A DNA stretch of 53,897 nt, filler included, from Dirinaria sp. TL-2023a (taxonomy: Eukaryota): the NCBI GenBank assembly GCA_051941275.1. It is 4 parts of 4 records of this genome, joined end to end, with 100 filler letters (N's around TTAATTAATTAA, not from the genome) between each part and the next. Parts side by side here need not be neighbours in the genome. Positions count along the whole stretch, not along the records: positions 27,036 to 40,425 come from JAVEBF010000692.1; 3 more parts are not named here. One strand, written 5' to 3'. Under the pieces are notes generated by a model, which saw only the letters and a program-made list of their open reading frames with translations, was not told the origin of the DNA and searched no databases. Both the position numbers and the translations under genes were made by a program. Shown here piece after piece: positions 27,283 through 38,197 of the stretch (position 1 is its first letter; the number at the start of each line of letters is the position of its first letter).

Positions 27283-29751
27283 TCATTCGCCATCCTCCTT
27301 ACGCCACTTAGCACTGGGTTGATGGCCGGAGGGGGTTTTCTGGAGCCACCAGCGCGGCTGCGGTTCGGGCGGGAGCAAATCGCCGTGTCGCAGGCCCAAC
27401 GCTTTTTCCCTCTTCTTGCGGGCCAGGCGGTGCGAGAGCACTTTGCCCCTCCACTGCCAGACGAGGTGGTCGAGGCGGTCGGCCGCCTCATCGCCCTCGA
27501 CTTCGCGGACGAGCGCCAAGATCCACGAGAAGCGCGCCGTGTTCACCCAGCGCCAGCGCCGCAGGTACCGCCCGCAGCCGGCGAGCACCAGCGCCCTGGT
27601 CATCTCCGGGCGGATGGGCAGCCGCTCGTCCTTGCACGCGACGTAGCACCGGTGGACCCATTTGTAGGCTTGCCGCGGGGAGAGGTGCTCGGCTTTGGCG
27701 TAGTCGAGGGCGATGCGGTTGATCATTTCGACGCGGGAGACGGGCCGCGGGAGACGGCCGTGGGCCGTGGTTCGCCAGCGGCTCAGGCGCCGGTTGCGGT
27801 CGAGATGGTAGCAGAGCGCGGTGCGGGGTCTCAGGTTCGGATTCGCGAGGATGATATCGGCGAGCTCGGGGACGTGTTCGAACGAGAGGGTTTTGGTGCC
27901 TTGGAAAATGTTGTAAGCGATCCGTTTGCGGCCGTGGGCGAGGTGGTAGTGGATCTCGTCTATGACGACTGGGAGATCGAATTTCAAGCCCGACTCTCGG
28001 TAGGTGAGTAAGGCGGAAATGGTGCCGAACATGTCGAGGGCGTGCAAAAGGCCCAACAGACACCTTTGGAATTCCAGCGGAAAGGGGCATTTGAGACTCC
28101 CGATGGCAAGTAGAAGGTTTACGAACGACTTTTGGTGTGGTTTCTCCCTGTCGAGCTCCTTGAATTTGCTCAAGAGGGAGGGTAATGGTGAGGAGTAGGC
28201 GGTGCTCGTTTTGAGAAAAGCCCGAGTGTACCAATGCTTCAGCACGAAAATGCACATGGTTCGAGAACCCATGTGGGAAACGTACATGTAGTTGGAGACG
28301 ATTTTCAAGTCCTTCTGAGCCAGGTCATGTTCGAGATCCTGCCACGCCTTGTTATTGGCAAAATCCTGCCAGGGCTTGAGGCCGAGTTCTGTGAGTTTGC
28401 GCAATGGATGGAGAGTCGTGTCGCCAGGGTTATCCAACATAAGGAGATAGATGAGCAATTCCTTACTCGCGTCTCGCAAGCAGTTCTTGATCATTTTAAG
28501 GGGAAATATCTGCAGCAGACCCAGGAGGCTTAAATATTCGTCCATTCGCTGATGACCGAGTTTGTCGGCCAACACCGATGCCTCTTGAGTTATATCCCAA
28601 TGCTTCAAAAATGCACGTAGACAAGACTCTTGATTTTGCAAGTCTAAATGAGTGTGTGATCTCAGAAGCTCAAGTCCTAGCCTTTGAGCGGTCTGAGACA
28701 AGGCTACCTGAGGGATTTTTCTGAGGAGAGATTTGAACGCGCGAATTTGGGGATTTTTATCGTAGGAGAGACTTTCTGCGATGCAAGCAAATAACTTTCG
28801 ATATAACGACTGGTAAGCCGATTTCCAATCTTCCGTATTGCTGAAACCCGTGACAGACGTTAAAACAGACACAAGCTCCTCATGCGATAATAGGCCGGCA
28901 GCGATTTGCTTCGATATCCAGCGACAAAATGTATCAGCGGCTCCGTGGTTGGTCGCTATACTCTCCAACTGAGTAGCTGCAAGATACTGTAGATTCCGGG
29001 CCTCTGCCGAATGCAGCTCGGGGTTTTCGACGAAGTCTAAGATGGTATTTGAAGGCGGATTTTGCTTTAACAAGTGTCGGAAAGCTGCGTGGCTACGCAG
29101 TGGGTTGGTAGCAAATGGACGATCCAAAGCTAATTTCACAATGTCTTCAAAGCTCTTACAAGAATGCAGCTCTACCAGGAAACCAGACAAAGACATGGAG
29201 TCCGGCCCATTGACGGTTGTTGGAGCTGGCTCGACAGCTGGTTCGACGAACTCCTGATCAAAACTTATTCCCTTGTCAGAGGATGTTTCAATTGCTGGCT
29301 GAGTATTTTTGTCCTGCTCCTCCAAGTATGGTCCCGTCAGCCATTCGGGCACGGATGCGTTGACTGGAAAATATTCAGCTAAGAACTCAACACCACGCGG
29401 TCCTCACCAGATCTTACCCGGCGGCGGTGGCTCCGGTGCAGGTGGAGTGCTCCAGGGAGGTTGCCATTGCCACTCTTGCTGATTGCTCTTCCTCAGTGCA
29501 GCAAGAAACCTCGGATCCGCATCAAGAGAGGGTCCTCCTACGGACGCAAGACCCATGATCCGTCTCCTCGTAGCCCTCTTTCGAAATTCGAGCGGACCAG
29601 GTACAGAGCTCCCATGACGCCCAGGACATTGTGGCCGGAACAAACGCCTTAGAGATCGCTGAAGAGTGTCATCGCTGATCCAGACATGGTCTGGGGTCGA
29701 CAATTGATTGCGTGCTATGGTTATGCTTCGAGCGCGATGATTGAGAGACAT
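27283..29751 (-). CDS. Uncharacterised fungal protein, ~804 aa, possibly mitochondrial
   Basis: Exon 1 29751-29418 (Arg-rich N-terminus, HVWISDD..SSVPGPLEFRKRATRRR), intron 29417-29364 (GTAAGA..GCTGAA..CAG), exon 2 in frame with the 689-aa ORF. Confidence 0.8.
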
Positions 29752-30225
29752 TCAGAGAGCCAATTGGGGACATGGTGATGACGGGATCAACAGTGGCTCA
29801 ATTGGATTACGGCAGTGGAACGCATAGTATTCGAGCGATTCCGAAGTATATGTTCTCACCAGCTGTTATCGGCAAGAGTAGCGATGGTAGTTATCTGTAA
29901 CATATGTACGAGGTACAAGGCTCACCCACTATGTCTCGGATAAACAATGCTCCGACCCTGACCACCACCACCACTCACTTGAGCCCCCTCGAAGCCCATA
30001 GTAATGCCTTCCGGTCAAAGATTTCCGGTCAAAGATTGAATGACGTCTTGGGGGAAATTCCCATCCAACCTATATATAACGCGACTCTAATCATGCAAGG
30101 CTGAAGTAAAGAGTACTTAAGCAAGGTATATCTGATGTAACCAACAGTCATCCACCTGATGCAACGCCGTATCGAGACACCTCATCCAGCAATGTTGACA
30201 GACCTTGTTCCCTTTCTATGGCGAA

Positions 30226-33200
30226 CTACGTCTTCAAGAAGTTCTTCCTACTGATCCACACCCCGTCCTTCCCAACGCCCATAAAGCCGCCGTCTTCTCC
30301 ACTCGTTCCTTCCTTCTTCACCTTCACTTCCACCTCCTCTTTGCTCCCACCTTTCTTGTGCCCCTTCATTCCCGTCCGCTTCTTGGTGCGGTAACGGTCA
30401 TGTTCGGGAATCACAAGACCTATCCCTTCCACTCCGTTCTCTTTCGCGCCTTTTGCTTTCTTCGTTCCGCCGCCGCCAAAGAACTTCTTAAATCCTTTCT
30501 TGGATTCATTGGGTGACGCCGAAGTTGCCCCAGGCGCAGTGTTCGCTTTCTTCCCGTCACGGGGGATGTTGAGTGATGCTAGCGCACGCCCACCAGGGCT
30601 TGACGGGCGAAAGCTGGACGGGAAAATGCTGAAGGGACCCGTGTGTTTGTCAGCTGAGCCGTGCTTCTCCTTGTTGGCGACTTTCGCTGGAGAGCGGGCG
30701 CGGCGTCCAGGCGGTGTTGATGGCGGTGTCGTGGCAAGGAAGTCGATGAGCGCAGTAGAGGAGACTGGATTGAGGTAGAGAGGAGTGTTGTTCGTGGCAG
30801 ACGTATCGTATCTAGTGGCACCTCCTGGCTCGTCCGAGGGCGAGAGTTCTGTCATAATTAAATTCGGGGTACTCTTGGATCGCGGAACCGAAGCGCGACT
30901 TCGGCAAATCGCAGGAGGGGTTGCGTTGTGCGAAGGCGATGTGGCAGTTGAAACGGATTCGGACGATGGTACTTCAACTATAGAGGCCTTGGAAGACTTG
31001 AGGACATTGGCCGGCTGAGGTGTAAGGGATCTCTGGGTCTGTGTGACATTTAGTGGGGAGGGAGTGGCGGAGGACCTATTGGGGAGAGGAGAAAGTTTGG
31101 TGGTCGCTAAAGGCAATGACACACTAGAGTTCATAGCAGCTGAGGCCCTAGAAGAATGGTCCCAGACGAGGGAGCTCGACCGCTTTGGCGGAATGAAGAC
31201 CTCTTTTTCATCAGATGGTGAGAACAGGGAACGCTGTACGGCTTCCTGACTATGATAATGCCGTAAAGGCAGGTCCCTTCCGATTTTCGGATTGCCGGGG
31301 TTGGTTCTTGGTGCGAAACGTGTGTGCCTCTCGGCAAGAAGAAGGGGATGAGAGGAGTTGATGGCACCTTCACTGTCATCTGGGGCTGGAATTGGTTGAG
31401 GTCCTGGAATTTGCGCAGGTGCAGGAATATTTGGTGGGTCACTGGTCCGTCGTTCGAATTCCCTTTCAGCGTCTGCAGCCCAGTCTGATGAATCTTGTAG
31501 CGGCGACAGTAAGGGGTGCATTGGGAGAAAGGAGATCGAGCCATAAGACTTATGATTTGGCGCGGGACCCTGAGAGTTGCGGTGCAGCACTGGACTGGTT
31601 TCACGGGTGACAGGGCTCTCAACGCTCCCTTTTGGCGAGGTCGGACCGCGAGAATAGTCAGAAGTGGTACTCAATACAGTTATCCTATGAGAAGGCACAC
31701 GTTTGACGGTGGCAGGACTCTTGGACTGGGGTGGCGGATCGTGCTCAGTGGGATTTTGTATAGGCAAATCAGGACCGGATCGCTTTCGCTCAATCGTAGA
31801 CTCACTGGCATTGCCTTCATTTGTAGCGGGTTGCTGCTTGCTCTCAGCTGTAATAGGCGATTGCTCTTGTGATACCGAGGATTTGCCCTCGTTCGAAGGC
31901 CGTCTAGGGGGGGATGAAGATCTCTTAGCCGACCACTCGGGCACTGGTGGTCTTGACGTTGGCGGCTTTGGATCTAGGGCTTTCACTGGCATCGGTGGCT
32001 CTGGACTCCTTGTTAAGGGGGCTCGTTCTGTGCTATGCATTCGCATTACTGGCGAGACTCTTTTTGCTGACATCGCATGTTCTATTAAAGGAGATGTAAC
32101 AGGATTCTGTGCCCACCCGTTGGCAGAACCTCGTAATGCGAATTTCTCATCTTGCGCTGGACTGTTCCAATCTGTTGAGGGTACTCGCCGCTTCGGAATC
32201 TCGAGCTGCACCGGACTTTGATACTGTTTCGGACTCGAACTTTGAGCTGAATCTGGCCGTTGACCTGATTCTGATTTCTTCCGGAAGTTGGTTTGCTGCC
32301 CTGGGCTTCTTAATTGGGGGGGAGAAGCGTGCTGTCTGAACGCAGGATGCTGTCTGGGATCCGCAAGTGGAGTTGGGCTCGATAATTGGCGCACGCTGGA
32401 TTGCTGTCCGAGAACAGAGTGCTGGCTTGAGCTTGAGTGTTTTCTTGAGCTTGGATGAAGTAGTGGACTTGCGTCCTTGGGAATCCTAGCGGCTTTTGCT
32501 TCGGCATTGGGGGCCGTGGGTAATGCTTTCCGAGGTGATTTCGGAGAAATAGAACCTTGCGGCGTTGTAGAAGAGCTCTTGGGCTCAACATGATATCGAC
32601 CTTGTGCTGGTTTGGGAGTCTAATGTCCCAATTAGCAACGTGAGATTTGCGTCAATTAGGTGATCCTCACGAGATTCCTGCGACTGGCAGCGCCGGCTCT
32701 TCGTTGCATCTCTGCAACAATCCCGCCAAGTTGTACCAAGCCTTTTCGCAGATGATTTCCTTTCGACTGAAGAGTAAGGAAAGCCCTTGTCCAACCTTCA
32801 GTGTTTCCGATCATGGCCAAATATACCGAGTCATGCTCCTCCGTTCGGTGGTCCCAATTCTTGTCCACCCTTGTCAAGTATTTTGCAAGTTCTCGAGTCG
32901 CATCCAAACCCTTTTGTACGTCTTTCAAAGCATCGGTCATGGCTGCGGCCGTTCTATCTATTATATGCTCAATCTTTTCGTTACCTTCAACGATCGCCAC
33001 CCTAAAGCTCCGGTCGTTTAACATCGTATCAAACACGCCTCCATGCTCCAATGGGAGGCGCAGATAACGTATTCGCTCATCAATATCGTTCTGAGCAAGA
33101 TCGAAATCTTCCGTAGTTCGCTCAAGGAATCCGTCTATTTCGTCAACGTGGGTTTGTAGTATCTTGATGACTTCTTCGTCCGATTTTGCCATGCCCTGTT

Positions 33201-33549
33201 GTAAGAGATGCATTCCGAATGATATCTGAGCCACCAGCTTCCATAGCGGATGGAACTTCTCCCCCGGCTTCTGCTTCCACCGGCCTGCTACCGTCCGCTC
33301 GTATTCCTCTTGTTCCAGCAACGTTTTCCGACGGCTGACGGAGTCCGCAATTGACATTCGATCCTGTGCATCTGGGTCTTCCGCCTCCTCCAGGGTCTCT
33401 GCCATGGATTCTTCGAAAGCACCCTGCATCGTGGGAACAGGATGCACGGGTGGCTCACCCATGTCGCCATCGGAGTCCGTATCGCTCTCGCCGCCCGACA
33501 TTCTTTCAGAGGAGAGCCATTCGCTTTCTGGAGGTATGGGGACTGTCAT
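30226..33549 (-). CDS. Uncharacterised fungal protein, ~1090 aa: N-terminal helical domain plus long Ser/Pro-rich disordered tail
   Basis: Exon 1 33549-32671, intron 32670-32620 (GTGAGG..GCTAAT..TAG), exon 2 open from 32619 to 30226; ends FMGVGKDGVWISRKNFLKT. Confidence 0.85.
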
Positions 33550-34671
33550 TTCCCTTGCCAGCGTGGGAGAAAGTCGATCAAAACCCGCGACTACCTCGTT
33601 TCATGAACGGCACCTAACTCAGATCGGATTCCAAGAGCTCGAGTCTTACTGGCGTGCTGAGCCACCCTCGGTCGTCGTTCGCTACGTCAACAGATCAATT
33701 GCACGTCGTCCGGACCAACAGAGGCAGAGATCAAGCAATTTTCGCAAGCGGCCCAGTGTGGGCGTCATCGCATATGAAGCCTTTGAAGCGTCAGTAATCG
33801 CGACCGGAGAAAAAGTCGAGCAAGAGTGCCTTTGAAACCTGTCGCATCAAAGTGAAACAGTTAGGAAGCAGACGAGCTTCAGCCACGTCGTGCGATCAGC
33901 AACAACGCACTCGCCATTGCTAAGCAGGCGTCTTGCGATTGAAGAAAATTTGATAGTTCTGGGTCCACAGCCCGCTGTGGCCCTGACCAACATAACACCG
34001 GAAATAGCTGTTCAATATTGGCCCTTGCCGTGTGGCTCTGGGAACCATCAACCAATTCAGCCTGGGACGAGTCTCTCATTTTGGGGCAGAAGAGAAGGCG
34101 GATTTGATTGGCTCGCGGTTCTTGGCTTTCCATCTGCGCCGCACAAACGTTTCATCTTGGTTCCTCAATGATGACTAATCACGCAATACGAAGGGACGGG
34201 AAGTACGAGTACCTCACTACAGGAAGTAGTACTGTGTATGTAGAGTACTGTACTGTGACGAATGTGATAAAATCTGCAGCTACATGTTCCTACTGTAGTC
34301 GAACGTCCAGTATGATGGAAGTATATTGGATCCTTGGTGGCTTTTTGGTTGGTTGATAAGGTACTCGCACAGTACACCTGGACACATCACGAAGCCTTAT
34401 TATTGGTACGAGGACGATTACGCCAAGGACATCGGCCTTAGGAAGGAAAGGACCACTTGTTCGGAGCCTCCATCAAACCACACAGTACCTTAGGTATCTT
34501 CCATTTGCCACTTTGCTCCGTTCAATTTTCAAGGTACCCTGACGGCACGACCCCACAGCTAAATTCGCCTTTCAACGGTTCCCTGCACTTTCATGCCTGC
34601 GCTGGGTTTCGGATATCGGTAGATCCATCGGTACTAGGTAGGTAGCTATACCGTAGGAAAAGGTCCGGAAC

Positions 34672-36576
34672 ATGGCCTCTTCCATCGAGAACTTCTACCC
34701 TCGACCTTCAAAAGCATTGCTCTACGAAGCTTTCATAGGGAAGCATCTGAATGAAGTGCCCACGCCAGCCGCTATATTAGATCGAGCCATCGTCGAGAGG
34801 AATTGTCGTCAGATGCTGGATGCCTGCAAGTCACTGGGAGTCCGATTTCGAGCTCATGTAAAGACGCACAAGGTAATGATTTCTGGCTTTTCATGGTGAC
34901 TAGTCCAACTGCCTGTTCGGTCAAAGCTCTCATGTACGAGTACCTTACTTAATCTGCTGGCCTAGCGCACTTTTGGTATGTTGGCTCGTGGTGTATTATA
35001 GAAAGGAAGAATGTATCGGCATTTTCTTGTCCATCGGCACTTTGCCCTTGCTGTCCATCTATTGGATGGCTTTCGCAGCAATGCCGGGACTCTGAATACT
35101 CTACAATGAGCATTTCGGTGCTGCCGACCCTTGTAATTCGGGGTGAACGGTCTTATTTGATATTCAGTCATTGTGTTGCTGTATCTTACACAGAATGTAA
35201 GCTTCATAGCATTTGCTGGAGTGCGTTTCACTGCTGCATCTTGGATCTTTGGCAAGGCCGAAAGAGCAGATACAATTCACGACTCCATTCATTGCAATAC
35301 TAATAATTAAACACAAAAGACCACTGAAATTACGCGCCTGCAAATCGGGCAGTCAGCAGAGCCACCTAGGCTCATTGTGTCTACTGTCGCCGAGGCTGAG
35401 CATCTAGCAGCGGATCTCGATGTCTTTTCTGCTCCGGGAACAGAAACGTTCAATGTAGGGCATAAGCATTCCAGTATGGCATGTATCAGACAACATAGAC
35501 AGCTAAGGATGATGCAGATTCTGTACGGTCTTCCGTTGCCACCCTCGCAAGCCGAACGATTAGGTTATCTCGCTCACAGATGTGGCAAGGGCAGTATCAG
35601 CTTGCTGGTCGACAATATTGCTCAACTGGAATCTCTAGCTACCGTTCATCGGCTGTCGGGACACCAAATCGGCCTGTATGTCAAGATTGATACGGGCTAC
35701 CACCGCGCTGGCCTGAGTCCAAACTCCAGCGAACTCAAAGATCTTCTCACTCGTATCGTGGAGGAAATTGAGCCCTCTGGGAAAGCTTGCCTGGAAGGAT
35801 TTTACTCCCACGCTGGTCATAGCTACGCAGTCGACTCAAGAGCCGGGGCAATGTCGCTCCTGATCCTGGAGATAGAAGGCTTAGTGCAAGCAGCCAAGGT
35901 AGCTAACACTCTGCGTTTCTCTAGAGAGGATGGCCATGCCAGGCGCTTTGTGCTCTCCGTTGGAGCCACACCCACCGCAACATCAGTCCAAAATCTCGAT
36001 TGCGGTACGACGGAAAATACCAGTTGGCATCAAGAGTCTGCTGGGTTGAAAAAATGTATCGACGGCCACGGAGCATCTTTTGAGCTTGAAATCCATGCTG
36101 GAGTCTACCCAATCTTAGACATGCAGCAGCTAGCGACAGCGGCTAGCCCGTCTGCTGTAGAAGCATCGGGCAACATATCGGCTGAGGATATTGCTCTCAC
36201 GATCCTGACCGAAGTCGCGAGTGTTTATCCAGGACGCGAGGCACCGGAAGCTCTGATTGCAGCTGGGTCCTTGGCCCTTGGGCGGGAACCGTGCAAGTCA
36301 TACACTGGCTGGGGCGTACTGACTGCGTGGGGACTGCCAGCCAAGTCTTCAGGCTGGATGGTCGGTCACATCAGCCAGGAACACGGCATGCTGACCACAG
36401 CGCCTGGTACTGCCTCGCCGTGTGATCTCCATGTAGGGGACAAAGTGAGGATCTGGCCCAACCATGCCTGCGTTGCGGGAGCAGGTTACGGCTGGTATCT
36501 AGTGGTCGACTCCAGCTTGCCAGAGGATCAGAGAGACAAGATAGTGGACGTCTGGATCCGTTGGCGTGGATGGTAG
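34672..36576 (+). CDS. DSD1: D-serine dehydratase (PLP fold type III, alanine-racemase-like)
   Basis: Exons 34672-34872, 35320-35454, 35518-36576. PTPAAILD, FRAHVKTHK|TTEITRLQ (PLP lysine), VSTVAEAE, VKIDTGYHRAG, YSHAGHSY, SVGATPT, EIHAGVYPILD, ISQEHG, IWPNHAC. Confidence 0.9.
34950..35277 (+). ncRNA. Candidate structured intronic RNA (H/ACA-snoRNA-like or cis-regulatory) in DSD1 intron 1
   Basis: Several hand-identified stems, a UUCG loop at 35114-35117, ANANNA boxes at 34998-35003 and 35190-35195, ACA at 35272-35274. No family match recognised. Confidence 0.5.
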
Positions 36577-37104
36577 AATCATTCTTGCAAGCACTTTGGG
36601 CAGCGCAGCGTAGGCCACATGGCGTGTATCCTATCTGCCTGTGCTGCTTTTGCTCGGTTTCTTTTGATTTGCCTCGGAGATGAAGGTCATCATCGTACAG
36701 TATCACTTGTGCGCAGGATCTGAAGAGGTTGCCCACCCTTTGCCCGAGACGCTTTTAGACATTTCAGGGTATAGTATGAGGAGAGGCTATCCTCAATATT
36801 GACCAGATGGGATCTTACTTGAAGGTGCGCTTGTCCCGTTTCATACACGATGCACGATCAAAGCTTCTTTTATCAGGCCGTGTACGTCCTTGGCAAAATG
36901 CACTATGTACGCGTAACAGTGACAAGCGATGAAGCGAGTAGCGGATCTTGGCCCCTTGGGGAGGGAGTATATTAGGGGTACAGTACCTTAGTGTAGTCGA
37001 TGACCCTGAGAGCCTGGGAGCCTGGCACGCTCTCGGTAGTGGCCCGAGTGGTGACTGGTAACTCTAGCTCTAGGGTAAAGATGCTGAATGGTTGGCTTGG
37101 CAGG

Positions 37105-37979
37105 AGATAAGAGAGCGGATAAAGCCGAGCGACGGCGCTTCTCTGGGGGCTTCGTCCAACGACCATAAGAAACCCATAGATAAGGCTCTCCATGGACCCC
37201 CCATCAGAAAAAAAAAGTTCTAGAACCTTGAAATCAAAAGTCGACTTTGGACGCTGCTGATCGATTCCTAGTGCACAATCTATTGACTTTTGTGTCAAAA
37301 TAGCAAACACTCCTGCCCAATTCGCCAGAGCGAGGACCACGTCCACGCACTAAACAGGCAAAGAAAAGCAAAACAGTGATCTTTTCGGCCACATGGGTTG
37401 CTGATAACGACTGCCAGAAATGTCGTGCATCCTCGACCCTGAAAATCCTCGACCCTGAAAGATAAGACATCCATCTCGACAGCCAGACACCGCCTCAAGA
37501 CATCCCCCACGGTAGGGGGACCCGCCACAACCGAGTCTCAGCTCAGATAAGGCTTTCCTCAAACTCCATTGGCCATTGTTTTTCCGGGGTTGCATGCACT
37601 CTCATACCGAATTGATGCCATCCCCAGATTGCGGCGACGGCCTCTGAACCTGTCATCCTGCCGTGTGTCTGGATCCGTGCCAGACTCCAGCAGACTGTGC
37701 CTGCGCCGACGCCTCGTTTGGCAGACGTCACAGCATTTCCGGTCTCCGCGCAGATGAGGCCTGCGTGATGCTGTCAATTGAGTGACAAACATAGCTATTC
37801 GCCTTAGAGGGCTAGGACACGATCGTTCCCAGGAAATCTGCGTCGATCGACTGCGATACTGTTACTCCTTATCAGGCCAAGCGGCGACTACTTTGACCAC
37901 TTGGGCCACTTGGTGCCCTACTCCCATCTTCAGTATTACGTAGATCTTCGATCTAAGAAATCATCGATGATCCGCGGAT
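37105..37979 (+). promoter_or_regulatory. Nitrogen-regulated promoter of the nitrate transporter: GATA (AreA-type) cluster and NirA-like site
   Basis: GATAA/TTATC at 37105, 37118, 37178, 37402, 37460, 37545, 37869; palindromic ATCCGCGGAT at 37970-37979, one mismatch from the NirA consensus CTCCGHGG. Confidence 0.55.
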
Positions 37980-38197
37980 ATGCCCTGTCTGCCATGAAGC
38001 TTTTCGTTGGAGAAAGACCGGAAATTCAAATTGCTCATTGTGACTTCATTGGGTCCAGGCCTCCTTCGTCAGATCGACCTATGGTATAAGAATCTGGCAC
38101 GCGCTCGCTCGAGCAATCCTGGTTTCCTGCAAAGAAAGCTTTGACAGTCAGTAAAGCGTCAGGCAAGCAGAGCCTCAAGTTATTTAGCTGCGTCGAT

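Noticed and set aside
27319..28255. Long overlapping or antisense ORFs here and at 12122-12939, 38644-40077, 48806-49582
   Set aside because: Shadows of real genes, mostly in GC3-rich stretches where stop codons are scarce; no recognisable domains.
30009..30036. 14-bp tandem duplication TTCCGGTCAAAGAT x2
   Set aside because: Real but only two copies with no spacer; ordinary slippage duplication.
35230..35275. Minus-strand resemblance to the 5' end of U2 snRNA (GCTCTTTCGGCCTTGCCAAAGATCCAAG)
   Set aside because: Branch-recognition GTAGTA is replaced by GCAGCA and similarity does not continue.
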